From contig CBDEFM010000002.1 of NCBI GenBank assembly GCA_965237415.1, positions 3,744,001-3,808,000 on the forward strand: 64,000 nt of DNA. The letters run 5' to 3'. The DNA is from Alphaproteobacteria bacterium. Lineage in GTDB: Bacteria; Pseudomonadota; Alphaproteobacteria; UBA828. Position numbers and translations under genes: made by a program. Below, piece after piece: positions 39,924-50,874 of the stretch; within the stretch, counting starts at the first letter, position 1; each line of letters begins with the position of its first letter. The notes under the pieces were generated by a model that saw only the letters and a list, made by a program, of their open reading frames with translations, was not told where the DNA came from and ran no database searches.

Positions 39924-40925
39924 TCAGCTGGTCAAACCGGCCTCTCTTTGCGGATCGAGCAGGTGACAGCCCGCCTTTCCTGCGGCTGGAGTCGGATACT
40001 CCGGCGGCTGTTCGTCGTCGCAAATTGGCCCGATCCTTACCGGGCAGCGGGTGTGGAAGCGACAGCCCGCCGGGGGGTTGAGCGGGCTCGGGATTTCGCC
40101 TCTCAGCGGGATGCGACGGCGCTCGAGCGTCGGATCGGGAAGGGGCACCGCCGAAACCAGCGCTTGCGTATAGGGGTGGCTCGGCGTTTGCATCAGCGTC
40201 CGGCCGGGGCCGATCTCGACGATCCGGCCCAAATACATGACGGCGATACGATCGCAGAAATAGCTGACGACGCTGACATCATGGGCGATCAGAAAGAAGG
40301 TGATGCTGAGCTCGCGTTGCAGCCGCTTCATCAGGTTGAGGATCTGCGCCTGAATCGAGACGTCGAGGGCCGAGACCGGCTCGTCGGCGATGATGAATTT
40401 CGGTCTTAGTGCGAGCGCGCGGGCAATGCCGACGCGCTGTCGCTGTCCGCCCGAGAGCTGGTGGGGAAAGCGGTCGATGTGGCGCTCGTCGAGACCGACC
40501 TGGTGCAGGAGGCCGAGGATCGCAGCGCGGTCGCGATCGAGGCCGTGGGTGATCAGCGGCTCGGCGATGATGTTCCGCACCCGCAGCCGCGGATTGAGCG
40601 AGGACTTGGTGTCCTGAAAGATCATCTGCATGTCGCGCCGTACCGGACGGAGGTCCCGCTCCGAGGCGCGCGCGAGGTCGATTCCAGAGAAGACGGCCGT
40701 ACCGGCGGTGGGCTTGTGAAGCCGCATCAGCGTGCGGGCCAGCGTCGACTTGCCGCTGCCGCTCTCGCCCACCAGGCCGAACGCTTCGCCGCGGGCGACA
40801 GTGAACGAGACGCCGTCGACGGCCCGCACCACGCCGCCACCAGCACGCCATAGCGCGCCCTTGACCGGGAAGTGCGTCGCCAGATTGTCGACGCTCAGCA
40901 ATGGGTCCTGGGCGCCGGCGCTCAT
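39924..40925 (-). CDS. Peptide ABC ATPase (DppF-like)
   Basis: [29 protein letters not shown]. Confidence 0.93.
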   Translation of the reverse strand: MSAGAQDPLLSVDNLATHFPVKGALWRAGGGVVRAVDGVSFTVARGEAFGLVGESGSGKSTLARTLMRLHKPTAGTAVFSGIDLARASERDLRPVRRDMQMIFQDTKSSLNPRLRVRNIIAEPLITHGLDRDRAAILGLLHQVGLDERHIDRFPHQLSGGQRQRVGIARALALRPKFIIADEPVSALDVSIQAQILNLMKRLQRELSITFFLIAHDVSVVSYFCDRIAVMYLGRIVEIGPGRTLMQTPSHPYTQALVSAVPLPDPTLERRRIPLRGEIPSPLNPPAGCRFHTRCPVRIGPICDDEQPPEYPTPAAGKAGCHLLDPQREAGLTS

Positions 40926-41947
40926 GGCGCAGGCTCCGAGGCGGGGAGGAGCTGGCCGGTGGCCCGCGCCGGCTGCGGAAACGTCAATTCGCCTGCCAGA
41001 TGGCACGCAGCATGACGGCGTTCGGCGACGGCGCGAAGCTCCGGATGCTCCGTCCGGCAGCGCGACGCGGCATGGGGGCAGCGATCGGCGAACGCGCAAT
41101 GGTCTTGGGGACCGATCATGTCGGGCACGATTCCTTCGATGCTCTCGAGCTCCCGGTCCCGATCCGCCAGCGCCGGCGTGCAGCGCAGGAGGGCGTCGGA
41201 ATAGGGGTGGAGCGAGGAGGCGAAGAGATCGCGCACCGGCGCGTGCTCGACGATCTTGCCGGCATACATGACGTAGACGCGCCGGCACATCTCGGCGATG
41301 ACGCCGAGGTCATGGGTGATGAGCAGCAGCGCGATGCTGTCTTCTTCCACGAGCTGGCGCAGCAGGTCGAGGATCTGCGCCTGGATCGTCGTGTCGAGCG
41401 CCGTCGTCGGCTCGTCGGCGATCACGAGACGGGGCCGGCAGGCGATGGCCATGGCGATTAGCACACGCTGCCGCATGCCGCCGCTGAGCTGAAACGGGTA
41501 GGTCCTGGCCACATGGCGGGGGTCGGGAATGCCAACATGGGCGAGCAGCTCGTGGATGCGTGCGCGCGCAGCACGCGGTGAGAGCCGCTGATGCTGGAGC
41601 AGCACATCGCGGAGCTGCGTGCCCACGGGGAACAGTGGATTGAGCGCCGTCAGCGGCTCCTGGAACACCATCGACATGGCCGAGCCGCGCAACCGGCGCA
41701 GCTGTTCGGGGCTCTTGCTGCGCAGGTCTTCGCCCTGGAACAGGATCTGGCCGTCCGCGATCCTCGCCGGGCGCGGCACCAGCCCGAGGATGGAGTAGGC
41801 GGCCATCGTCTTGCCGCAGCCGCTCTCGCCCACCAGGCCGACGATCTCGCCGGCATCAATGCTGAGGTCGATTCCATCGACCGCGCGCAAGACCCCGCGG
41901 CGCGTCGGGATATGGGTGCGGAGACCACGGATCGCGAGCAGCGCCAT
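40922..41947 (-). CDS. Peptide ABC ATPase (DppD-like)
   Basis: [22 protein letters not shown]. Confidence 0.93.
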   Translation of the reverse strand: MALLAIRGLRTHIPTRRGVLRAVDGIDLSIDAGEIVGLVGESGCGKTMAAYSILGLVPRPARIADGQILFQGEDLRSKSPEQLRRLRGSAMSMVFQEPLTALNPLFPVGTQLRDVLLQHQRLSPRAARARIHELLAHVGIPDPRHVARTYPFQLSGGMRQRVLIAMAIACRPRLVIADEPTTALDTTIQAQILDLLRQLVEEDSIALLLITHDLGVIAEMCRRVYVMYAGKIVEHAPVRDLFASSLHPYSDALLRCTPALADRDRELESIEGIVPDMIGPQDHCAFADRCPHAASRCRTEHPELRAVAERRHAACHLAGELTFPQPARATGQLLPASEPAP

Positions 41948-41954
41948 GCCGGCC

Positions 41955-42791
41955 TCAGAGCCTGTGCTGGTAGGGATCGATCGCGTCGCGCAATCCGTCG
42001 GCGATGACGAGCAGCGCAAGCACGACGATGACGATCGAAACACCCGCCAGGGTGGAAATCCACCACGCCTGGGCGATGTAGTCGCGGCCCGCGGCGATGA
42101 TGTTGCCGAACGAGGCGTCGGGCGGCGGTATCCCGAGGCCGACGAAGCTGAGACTGGCCTCGGCCAGCACCGCAAAGGCGAAGGTCAGCGCTCCCTGAAC
42201 CAGCACCGGTCCCATCACGTTGGGCACGACGTGGCGCACGGCGATGCGCGCCGGCCCTACGCCCATGATCCGCGCGGCATCGACATAGGCCTCCTGGCGG
42301 ATCTGGAGAACGCAACCGCGCACGATGCGGACGTAGATCGGGGCGAAAGCGGCCGTCAGCGCGATGATCGTGCTGCCGAGCCCGGCGCCGAGCGCGGCGA
42401 TGAGGCCGAGGGCGAGGACCAGAAAGGGAAACGCCATCATGACGTCCGACGAGCGCATGATGAGGTCGTCGAGGAAGCCGCCCCGGTAGCCGGAGAGAAT
42501 GCCAAACACCATGCCGATGAGCGCCGAGCACGCCACCACGGCGGCGCCCACGATCATCGACGATCGCGTGCCGTAGATGAGACGACTCAGCAAGTCTCTC
42601 CCGTACTCATCGGCTCCCAGCAGGTTGAGAGAGGTCGGCGGCGCGAGCGTCGCCCGCAAGTTCTGGATGTTCGGGTCATAGGGCGCGAGGACGGGCGCAG
42701 CAGCGCCGACGAAGATGTAGATGCCGAACATGATGAGCGACGCCACAAGGAGCGGGTTCTGGCGCATTTCCTGAGCGAGGGAGTCGAGCAC
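41955..42791 (-). CDS. Peptide ABC permease (DppC-like)
   Basis: LGADEYGRD, EASLSFVGLG. Confidence 0.92.
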   Translation of the reverse strand: MLDSLAQEMRQNPLLVASLIMFGIYIFVGAAAPVLAPYDPNIQNLRATLAPPTSLNLLGADEYGRDLLSRLIYGTRSSMIVGAAVVACSALIGMVFGILSGYRGGFLDDLIMRSSDVMMAFPFLVLALGLIAALGAGLGSTIIALTAAFAPIYVRIVRGCVLQIRQEAYVDAARIMGVGPARIAVRHVVPNVMGPVLVQGALTFAFAVLAEASLSFVGLGIPPPDASFGNIIAAGRDYIAQAWWISTLAGVSIVIVVLALLVIADGLRDAIDPYQHRL

Positions 42792-42804
42792 GCGTCGGAT
42801 CCCC

Positions 42805-43762
42805 TCAGGTGCGCCGGCCGAGCCGGACGCGCGGGTCGATCACGGTATAAAGCATGTCGACGGTGAGGTTGGCGACGACGAAGATCAACACCGTGACCAG
42901 CATGCATCCCTGCACCAGCGGGTAATCGCGGGAGAGCACCGCGTTCACCAGCAGCCGCCCCATGCCCGGGATGGCGAACACGGCCTCGACCACGAGCGCG
43001 CCGCTCATGAGATAACCGATCTGAATACCGATCACCGTGATCGTCGGTATCAGCGCGTTCCGCATTGCGTACTTCATCAGTACGCGGCGCTCTCGCAGCC
43101 CGCCGGCCCGGGCGGTGCGGATGTAGTCCTGCTCCAGAATCTCGATCAGGCTCGAGCGGTTCATCTCCATGATGAGCGCGGAGTAGGCAGCGCCCAGCGC
43201 AATTGCCGGCAGCACGATGTGGCGCAGGTGCTGGATAAAATCCTCGCCCGGCGCGACGTAGCCGAAGACCGGCAGGACGCGGAGATTGACTCCGAAGAGC
43301 AGTATCAGCATGAGGCCCAGCCAGAAGCCCGGCATCGCGAGGCCGACGAGGGCAATGAAGCGTCCGGTATAGTCGGCGAGCGTGTTGCGCCGCGTCGCCG
43401 AAATGATGCTCACCGGGATCGCGATCAGGATGGCGAAGACCAGGGCATAGCCGCTGAGGATGAGCGTGACCTGAAGGCGCTCGCCGATCAGGCTGGCGAC
43501 GCTCTGACTGAGCAGGATCGAGCGGCCGAGGTCGCCCGACAGCGCCCGCGTGATCCACAGGTAGTACTGGTGCACCAGGGGCTGATCGAGGCCGAGATCG
43601 CGCCGTAGTGTCTCGATCGCATCGGGCGTGCCTAGGGGCCCAAGCATCGCCCGCGCCGGATCGCCCGGCACCACATGCAGGATGAAGAAGATGACGAGGC
43701 TCGCCCCGACGAGAACGAAGATCGTCCAGACGAGCCTCGTAACCAGGAACCGCAGGTGCAAC
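42805..43762 (-). CDS. Peptide ABC permease (DppB-like), start uncertain
   Basis: PGDPA, GLDQP, DYIRTARAGG, DPRVR. Confidence 0.9.
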
Positions 43763-43861
43763 GGGCTAATGGTCAGATTCCGAAGCGCTCCCGAGCGTCG
43801 GACCCGAACCATCAAACCCGGCAACCATCGACGGTAGAACGAGCGCCCCTCCCCCGCGCGC

Positions 43862-45463
43862 TCAGCGATCCAGCCAGCACTCGTCCATCGGTCCCGCAAA
43901 CTCGTCGCGGAACCGGTAGCCGATCACGTCCTTGCGCATGCCCTCCACAAGGTTGGGGAAGACGAGAAACGCGACCGGGCATTCCTCCATGCAGATGCGG
44001 TTCGCCTGGTTGTAGAGATCGGCACGTGTCGGAATGTCGATCTCGCTGCGGGCCCGCTGGAGGAGGTCGTCGACCTCAGCGTTCGAGTAGTTGCCGACAT
44101 TATAGATTTCGTCAGTCACGAGCTGCTTGTACATCAAGGCGTCGGGGTCTACCCCGCCTCCCGTCCAGGAGGAATTGCCGATCCAGTAGTCCTTCGTGCC
44201 GTAGAAGTAGGCGGCAAAGGTGTTGAAGTCCGGCTTGACGATTTCGAGCTTGATGCCGATGGCGGTGAGCTGCGCGGCACAGGCATCGCCGACAAGGCCC
44301 CACGGGCGTTCGGTGAAGGTGTCGAAGCGGATGGTCTGGTCGAAGTCGAACCCGGCCTCCTCCAGCAGCAACCTGGCACGGTCGGGATCGTAGTACTGGT
44401 ACGGAATGTCGGCGTTCTCGCGATGGTAAGCCCCGAAGGCAGGCGAGAGCGCGTGATGGGCCGCCACCGCGAGGCCCTTGTAGATCCCGTGTGCGATGCC
44501 CTCGCGGTCGAAGGCCATGGAGAAGGCCTGCCGCACGCGCTTGTCGGTGAAGGGCTCGCGCTCGACGTTGTAGGCGACGTAATCCCAGATCGGCGAGGGC
44601 GTCGTCAGCAGCTTGAGGTCCGGGTTCGATCTGATCTGGTCGGCGAATTCCGGATTGGTCTGCATCATGTAGTCGAGGCCGCCGGTCTGCAGCGCCGCCA
44701 GCGCCGTCGATTGCTCGGGGATGATATGAACCTCGATCCCGTCGAGGTAAGCCGGCCCACCCCAATAGTCGTCGTTGCGCTCGAGCACCACCTTGTCGCC
44801 GCGCGTGTAGGAAACGAACTTAAACGGGCCCGTGCCGATGGAGCCCTTGAGCGGATCGGTCGCCATGTGCTTCTCGATCGCAGTCGGCGAGATGATGGGG
44901 AAAATCGAGCGCCGGAAGTTGGCGAGCTGAGGTGAGAACGGCCGCTTCATGCGCATCCGCACCTGATGCGAAGACAGGACATCCACCGCCTCGATCTCCT
45001 GGAAGTCCGCCACGTAGGGAGACGCCGTGTCCGGATTGAGGATGCGCTCGACCGTGAACTTGACGTCATCGGCGGTGAAGTCGGTGCCATCGTGGAACTT
45101 CACGCCCGTTCGCAGGTTGAAGATGTAAGTCTGCGCGTCGGGCTGTTCCCACGACTCGGCCAGGTCGGGCACGACATTGCGGTTGCTGTCGATGTTCACC
45201 AGGCCGTTATAGGCCAGGTAGCCGATTCGCAGTGTCAGCAGCGAGATAATGCGATGAACGTCGAAGGCGGGTGCGAACGGCTCCTCTGAAGTAGAGAGGC
45301 GCAGCACGCCGCCGCGTTTGGGTTCCGATGCCTGTGCCGTTCGGGAGCCTTGCAACGAGATCAGGCTGCCGCCGGCACCGACGACGAGCGCTCCGGCGCC
45401 AGTTTGGAGAACCCTGCGCCGGTCGATACCGGCTCTTCCAGTCTCTTTCTTCTTGTCCACCAT
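43862..45463 (-). CDS. Tat-exported peptide-family substrate-binding protein
   Basis: DRRRVL, LAESW, FHDG, IGTGPF. Confidence 0.93.
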   Translation of the reverse strand: MVDKKKETGRAGIDRRRVLQTGAGALVVGAGGSLISLQGSRTAQASEPKRGGVLRLSTSEEPFAPAFDVHRIISLLTLRIGYLAYNGLVNIDSNRNVVPDLAESWEQPDAQTYIFNLRTGVKFHDGTDFTADDVKFTVERILNPDTASPYVADFQEIEAVDVLSSHQVRMRMKRPFSPQLANFRRSIFPIISPTAIEKHMATDPLKGSIGTGPFKFVSYTRGDKVVLERNDDYWGGPAYLDGIEVHIIPEQSTALAALQTGGLDYMMQTNPEFADQIRSNPDLKLLTTPSPIWDYVAYNVEREPFTDKRVRQAFSMAFDREGIAHGIYKGLAVAAHHALSPAFGAYHRENADIPYQYYDPDRARLLLEEAGFDFDQTIRFDTFTERPWGLVGDACAAQLTAIGIKLEIVKPDFNTFAAYFYGTKDYWIGNSSWTGGGVDPDALMYKQLVTDEIYNVGNYSNAEVDDLLQRARSEIDIPTRADLYNQANRICMEECPVAFLVFPNLVEGMRKDVIGYRFRDEFAGPMDECWLDR

Positions 45464-45510
45464 TGAGTGCTGCCTCCCCTTGTCGCTTTTTTGCGTTGGA
45501 CCGTGCGTCC

Positions 45511-46521
45511 CTATTCGCCCCACACCTCCCTGAAGACCCTGACCCAGTTGCCACCGAGAATCTTCTTGGTTGTCTGTTCGCTATAGCCGCGCTCCAACAA
45601 ACGCCTGGTCAGGTTGCGAAGGCCGCGCGGCGTGGCGATGCCGTCGGGGTAGTGGTAGGGCGGCGGCGGATAGGACTCGGGCTGCCACGTGCCGCCCGCG
45701 ACGTGCTCCTCGTAGAGGCGCATGGCCTCTTCGTCGTCGGCGATCGGCGCCTGACCCCAGTAGTAGTCGAGGCCGAGGCCGACGTGATCGTCGCCGACGA
45801 GGTTCACGACATAGTCGATGTGGTCGATGAAGTCATCGAGAGTGGGCCGGGGCGAAGCGCTGACGAACGCCGGAAAGCCGACCATGCCGATCAGGCCGCC
45901 GGTCGCCGCAGCGCCCTTGATCTGCTCGTCGGTGATGTTGCGCCGCGAGTCCTTCACCGCCTTCGGATTCGAGTGCGAGAACACGACGGGTCGCGAGGAC
46001 GCCTCGATCGCATCCATCGTCGTGCGATAGCCGGTGTGGGTGCAATCGACGACGACGCGGGCCTCGTTGAGGCGCTCGATTACCCTGAGGCCGAAGTTGC
46101 TGAGCCCGGCGTCCGTTCGTTCTTCGCAGCCATCGCCGACACTGTTCTTGATGTTGTAGGCAAGCTGGATCATGCCGACGCCGAGGGCCTTGTACGCATC
46201 GATCAGGTTGATGTCGTCCTCGATCGGCTCGGTTCCCTGGAAATGGAAGAGCACACCGAACTTGCCGTCCGCCTTGGCGGAAGCGATGTCGGCGGCGCGC
46301 TTGATGAGGACAAGCCTCGGGTCCGAGTCGATGGCGCGGATCCATTCGCCCAGAACGCGAAGCGTAGGCCCGGCGCGCTCGAAGGCGCCGACGGTGGGGC
46401 CGGCCGCGGTGGCGCCGCCCTCGATCCACCAGTCTATGTATTGGCGGCGCAACATAAGCGGGCATACCGCATCGATCACGATGGCCTCGTCGTGGATGCG
46501 GTCGTGATCGAGCTTGGCCAC
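45511..46521 (-). CDS. Membrane-dipeptidase (M19) family protein
   Basis: DCTH, FSHSN, RNITD, HVGLGLD. Confidence 0.88.
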   Translation of the reverse strand: MAKLDHDRIHDEAIVIDAVCPLMLRRQYIDWWIEGGATAAGPTVGAFERAGPTLRVLGEWIRAIDSDPRLVLIKRAADIASAKADGKFGVLFHFQGTEPIEDDINLIDAYKALGVGMIQLAYNIKNSVGDGCEERTDAGLSNFGLRVIERLNEARVVVDCTHTGYRTTMDAIEASSRPVVFSHSNPKAVKDSRRNITDEQIKGAAATGGLIGMVGFPAFVSASPRPTLDDFIDHIDYVVNLVGDDHVGLGLDYYWGQAPIADDEEAMRLYEEHVAGGTWQPESYPPPPYHYPDGIATPRGLRNLTRRLLERGYSEQTTKKILGGNWVRVFREVWGE

Positions 46522-46572
46522 GCTTGGGGTCTCCCCGTCGGTGCGCCTATCAGGAAGCCGCGATCAGGCTCC

Positions 46573-47604
46573 TCACGTCCATACCTGTCTCGCCACCCGC
46601 GCGAAATTCTCGCCTAGAATGCCGCGCACATCCGCCTCCGAGTAACCTCGCGCGAGCAGGATGTCGGTGATCTCGAGCAACTGCTCGGGCTGCACGAACG
46701 CTGTCTCACCGAATGGCACGCCCTTGTTGGGCGGCCACATGTCCGTATTGGACAGCGTCCAGACCCCGACACTCTTGCTATCCCGGCAATAGTCGAGACC
46801 GATGCCGACGTGCTCCGGGCCGACGAGGTTCGCGATGTGGTCGATATGGCGCACGACGGTCTCGCTCGACGCCGTTTCGTCGCCGAGGAAGAAGGCAACG
46901 CCGTTAAAGCCGATGACACCTCCGCTCTTGGCGCAGGCCTTTATCTGATCGTCGCGAATATTGCGGTAGTGTTCGTGCACTGCATCCGCAAGGCTGTGCG
47001 AGAAGATGAACGGCGCCGTCGCCACCTCCATCGCCTCCATGGTCGTGCGATAGCCAGTGTGGCTGCCGTCGACCAGCATGCCGACGCGGTTCATTTCCTG
47101 CACGACGCGCACGCCGAAGCGGCTCAGGCCGGCATCGGTTCGCTCGGAGCAGCCGTCGCCCACCAGGTTCTTCTGGTTGTAGGCGAGCAGCATGTGACGC
47201 ACACCCAAATCGTAATAGGTCTGAACGAAATTGACTTCGCCTTCGAGCGGGTTGGTCTCTTGAAGATTGAAGGCGAGTGCGAATTTCCCCTCCCTCTTGG
47301 CCTGAAGAATGTCGTCGACCGACTTCACCAGCGCCAAAGTGTCGGAGCGCTCCTGGATATGCCGGGTCACCTCTGCGATTCGCCGCACGGAGCCCCCCAG
47401 CGAACCCGGAAAGTCGTTCACGGTGAGGGACGCGAAATCGACGCCGGCGCTCCGAAATCGCGGCAGAGTGACGTCCTTGTCTGCGTAGGAGGCGAGCCAA
47501 GGCAGCGTCATGTCCCAGACGAGCGCATCCTCGAACAATGCGATTGTCCGTTCGCTCACCCGTTCTCGAATGTCGGGGCGCAGATCAGCCGCTGTTTGGG
47601 TCAT
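46573..47604 (-). CDS. Membrane-dipeptidase (M19) family protein, paralog
   Basis: DGSH, FSHS, RNIRD, HVGIGLD. Confidence 0.88.
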   Translation of the reverse strand: MTQTAADLRPDIRERVSERTIALFEDALVWDMTLPWLASYADKDVTLPRFRSAGVDFASLTVNDFPGSLGGSVRRIAEVTRHIQERSDTLALVKSVDDILQAKREGKFALAFNLQETNPLEGEVNFVQTYYDLGVRHMLLAYNQKNLVGDGCSERTDAGLSRFGVRVVQEMNRVGMLVDGSHTGYRTTMEAMEVATAPFIFSHSLADAVHEHYRNIRDDQIKACAKSGGVIGFNGVAFFLGDETASSETVVRHIDHIANLVGPEHVGIGLDYCRDSKSVGVWTLSNTDMWPPNKGVPFGETAFVQPEQLLEITDILLARGYSEADVRGILGENFARVARQVWT

Positions 47605-48568
47605 CTAACCACCTCCATCCTCGCGGAGGCGCGCCGCTCCGGCGACGCGTTCTTGATCGCCAAAAAAGACTACTTGGCCCACCCATGGCCGTCAAATGTG
47701 GGCGCTGGTCTGGAACCCCCGGATTCATGCATCACACAACCCCATCTGAAGAAAGAGATGGACAAGCGCTTTCCTCAGTCTCTCGGCATGACATCAAATG
47801 CGCGATCGACCGCGTGGCGAAGAGAGGTGCAACGACTGAATGCATCGCCGCACAGCCTCCACGCGCCACCTCAGATGACGCGCGGGGGTGGGAATCGAGC
47901 TTTGCAGCAACCCATTGCATTTGTTTGATTTTTCGGCCCGCAATTTACCCAGCCCCACAGTCTGCCCAACGCGAACGGTCGGAACATGGCGTACTTCTCA
48001 CGCTGTTTCCGCAACCTACCACGATGGCGCCCCGGAAGGAGCTACCCACTCCCGCACAAGTAGATCGCATCTGCCCCCGCCCACTGCGTCGGGCCGGCTT
48101 CGCTGGATGCTGCTTATGTGTCGCGCCCGCAAGCTGCCCATCGCCCCGTAGCTGTTCTCCGGGACCGGTCTTGTGCAGAGGGCCGCAGGCTTCGCCTGAC
48201 GCCAAATTGCGACAGGCCGTACCTGGTGGTTTCACCGTGCACCAAGTTCCCCATGCGCCACCGGCCGCACCGCCAACTACTCGTCCAAATCGGCCACCCT
48301 CCATCCGCAACCGGCCGCGAGCAGGAGAGCGCAGAGGCCTGATTCGAGTAGTCCCATGGCTTTTCAGGTGCTCCGCTTGCCATTCGATGGATCCCGCTTC
48401 CTGCGGCGTCAGCTCCCGGCCATCCCGCCGGGCCCGGGCGCCGATGCGCACGGCGCCCATCGGAGACGAGAAGCAGGCTCTCAGGCGTCCGTTTCGAAAA
48501 CCGCGACGCCTGACTATCATACGGCTGATGAATCGGATCGGACTATCGTGGGGCCTGGGGAGGGCGTG

Positions 48569-49528
48569 ATGGACATCGGAATGACCATTCCCAATTACGG
48601 GCCGCTCGCTCGACGCGACGCCATCATCGCGATCGCGGGCCAGTCCGAGGCCCTTGGTTTCAGCATCATGGCGATTGCCGATCACATCGTCATTCCGAAG
48701 ACTTGGAACTCCTTCTATCCCTATTCGCCGACCGGGCGGGTCGACACTTTCGATGGCGGCGACTGCCTGGAACCGTTGGCGCTGATGGCGGCGCTCGCAC
48801 TCGCGACCGAAAAGGCGCAGCTGCTCACCGCCGTACTGGTGGTGCCCTATCGCCCGCCCATCTTGACGGCCAAGCAGCTCGCGACGATCGACGTCCTCTC
48901 CGAGGGGCGGGTCACCGTCGGCTGCGGGACGGGCTGGATGCGCGAGGAGTTCGAGGCGATCGGTGCCCCGCCCTATGAGGCGCGCGGCCAAGTAACGGAC
49001 GAGTATATCGAGGCCTTCCGGGCGATGTGGACGAGCGACGAGCCGACCTATGAGGGGGAGTACGCCCGCGTCGCGGACATCTATTTCCGTCCCCAGCCGG
49101 TCCGCAAGCCGCACCCGCCGATCTGGATCGGCGGTGACAGCATGCTGGCACTGCGCCGGACGGCGCGCCTCGGCGACGGCTGGCTGCCAGTCGGCCTCGC
49201 GCCGAAACGCCCGCTCAACACGATCGCTAGATATCGGGACGCAGCGGAGACCCTCGCCGACCTCGCGCGCGATGCCGGTCGCGACCCGGCTGAGATCGCG
49301 CTTACCTATTGGGCCATCTGGTATGACGAGACCAAGCGCGTCACCCTCGACGACGGCAGCCGCCACATCTTCACCGGCGAGGCTGCGGAGATCGCTGCCG
49401 ACATCAACGCGCTGGCCGAAATCGGCGTCAGCGCTGTCCTCTTCAGCTTCGTCCGAAGCACCCTCGACGAGACGCTCGCGAGCACCGAGCGCTTCGCGCG
49501 CGAAGTGATGCCGTTGGTTGGCAGTTAA
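48569..49528 (+). CDS. LLM-class (luciferase-like) oxidoreductase
   Basis: ADHIVIP, AKQLATIDVLSEGR, PIWIGG. Confidence 0.9.
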   Translation: MDIGMTIPNYGPLARRDAIIAIAGQSEALGFSIMAIADHIVIPKTWNSFYPYSPTGRVDTFDGGDCLEPLALMAALALATEKAQLLTAVLVVPYRPPILTAKQLATIDVLSEGRVTVGCGTGWMREEFEAIGAPPYEARGQVTDEYIEAFRAMWTSDEPTYEGEYARVADIYFRPQPVRKPHPPIWIGGDSMLALRRTARLGDGWLPVGLAPKRPLNTIARYRDAAETLADLARDAGRDPAEIALTYWAIWYDETKRVTLDDGSRHIFTGEAAEIAADINALAEIGVSAVLFSFVRSTLDETLASTERFAREVMPLVGS

Positions 49529-49785
49529 AAGTTGACGACTTTCGTGAGCTGGAGATGCTCATTGTCAGTCGGTGCGCGGGTCTTGCGCCGATCGACATGT
49601 CAACACAATGATTTCGCTGAATTCAGAGGGGTCAAGCGCCGACGCCGAACAACACCGTAGCGGCAAACGGGAGGTAAACGCATTGAACCGCACAGGCAGA
49701 ACAATGAGCCCGCGGGGCAACGGCTCAAAGGGTGTCGGGAACCGGTGGCAGGAAACCGCACAATCACGCGCCGGAGCAGACCAAT

Positions 49786-49970
49786 ATGGCTCATTCCGCC
49801 GTCCGCGACGTCCCCAAACTTACGGTCTCAACACGACTACGCAAGCCGACGCCGACGCATGATCCCGGCAAGGAGTACCAGTTTCGGTACCGGGCAAAGA
49901 AGCAGAGCTCGCCACCACGCGTCGTTAAGTTTTCTGGAGGACGCTCCAGCAGCATGCTGTTGTTCGCACT
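49786..49970 (+). pseudogene. PP-loop (PAPS-reductase-like) N-terminal fragment cut by an IS21 end
   Basis: VVKFSGGRSSSML abutting TGTTAACGGC. Confidence 0.5.
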
Positions 49971-50038
49971 TGTTAACGGCGGAGGAATAATGCTCCACGC
50001 GAGGCGACCGGGCGGTCCGGTCGCGGCGGCGCAAAAGT
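49971..50038 (+). mobile_element. Solo IS21 left end
   Basis: TGTTAACGGCGGAGGAATAATGCTCCACGCG...GCGGCGGCGCAAAA, as at 22884 and 29018. Confidence 0.9.
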
Positions 50039-50316
50039 GATGGGGTGGGATTCAGGCTCTGCCACAACCCATTGTATTCAGCCAACTTTTCGACCTGCTG
50101 ACTTGCCAGCCTCACGCTCCGCCCAACCCAATCGGCCGGAACACAGCGAAGTTCGCAGACCGTCGCCGCAGCGAATCGCGATGGCGCCGCGGAATGAGCC
50201 CGCCACGTCTGTGCCCGAGGAGAGATAGACGGGCTGGACGTCATACAGCGCTGCCGTGCCGCACGCGTCTGCGCCCAATATCGAAGTGATCTGCCGGCTT
50301 GAATGGATAGACGACT

Positions 50317-50871
50317 TCAATCCCGCTTGCAGCGGTTTCCGTTGTACGGGCGCCGGCCCAGCCGCTCTTGATAGTCGTGCGATTGCCAATTCGCGCGGAA
50401 CAGCCACTGCTTTTCCGTCTGCCGTTCGGCGAGCGCCGGGTCGATTTCCACTTCGTCGAAGCCGCTTCGCCGGGCCATGGCGTATTGATCTGCGAGGATG
50501 TGGCCTGACGCGCGGAGCCGGCCCCGGTAACCCAGCAGCCGCAACTGGCGAGCAAGCGAGAATCCCCGGCCGTCCATGTGCGACGGGAATACAATGCGAA
50601 TGAGGGCGATCCGCCCGAAGGCGGGCACGATTTCCTCGGCTAGTGCGGCGTTCTCGACATCCAGCGCGGCCCGGTCCGGCAGCGCGGGACAGTCGTTCTC
50701 TCCGCTCCACCGGGTGAATTCGCCGGACCAGCCATCTTCCTGGAACCCGTTGTCGCGGACAAGAATCCTGCGGTTCTGGTATCCGTTGCCCGAATTCGCG
50801 CACTCTTGGGCGGAGGTTGCCTGAGAGGGCAAGTCGCGTTGCGCCTCGGGGTTCGCTTCGCCGCGTGCCAC
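50317..50871 (-). CDS. DUF934 protein (cys operon), 5' end uncertain
   Basis: FP...DGRGFSLARQLR...LRASGHILADQ...GFD. Confidence 0.8.
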   Translation of the reverse strand: MARGEANPEAQRDLPSQATSAQECANSGNGYQNRRILVRDNGFQEDGWSGEFTRWSGENDCPALPDRAALDVENAALAEEIVPAFGRIALIRIVFPSHMDGRGFSLARQLRLLGYRGRLRASGHILADQYAMARRSGFDEVEIDPALAERQTEKQWLFRANWQSHDYQERLGRRPYNGNRCKRD

Positions 50872-50874
50872 GGT

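Noticed and set aside
47605-48568. Hidden gene or ncRNA in the long intergenic region
   Set aside because: No convincing ORF, repeat or structure seen; likely degraded sequence plus divergent promoters.
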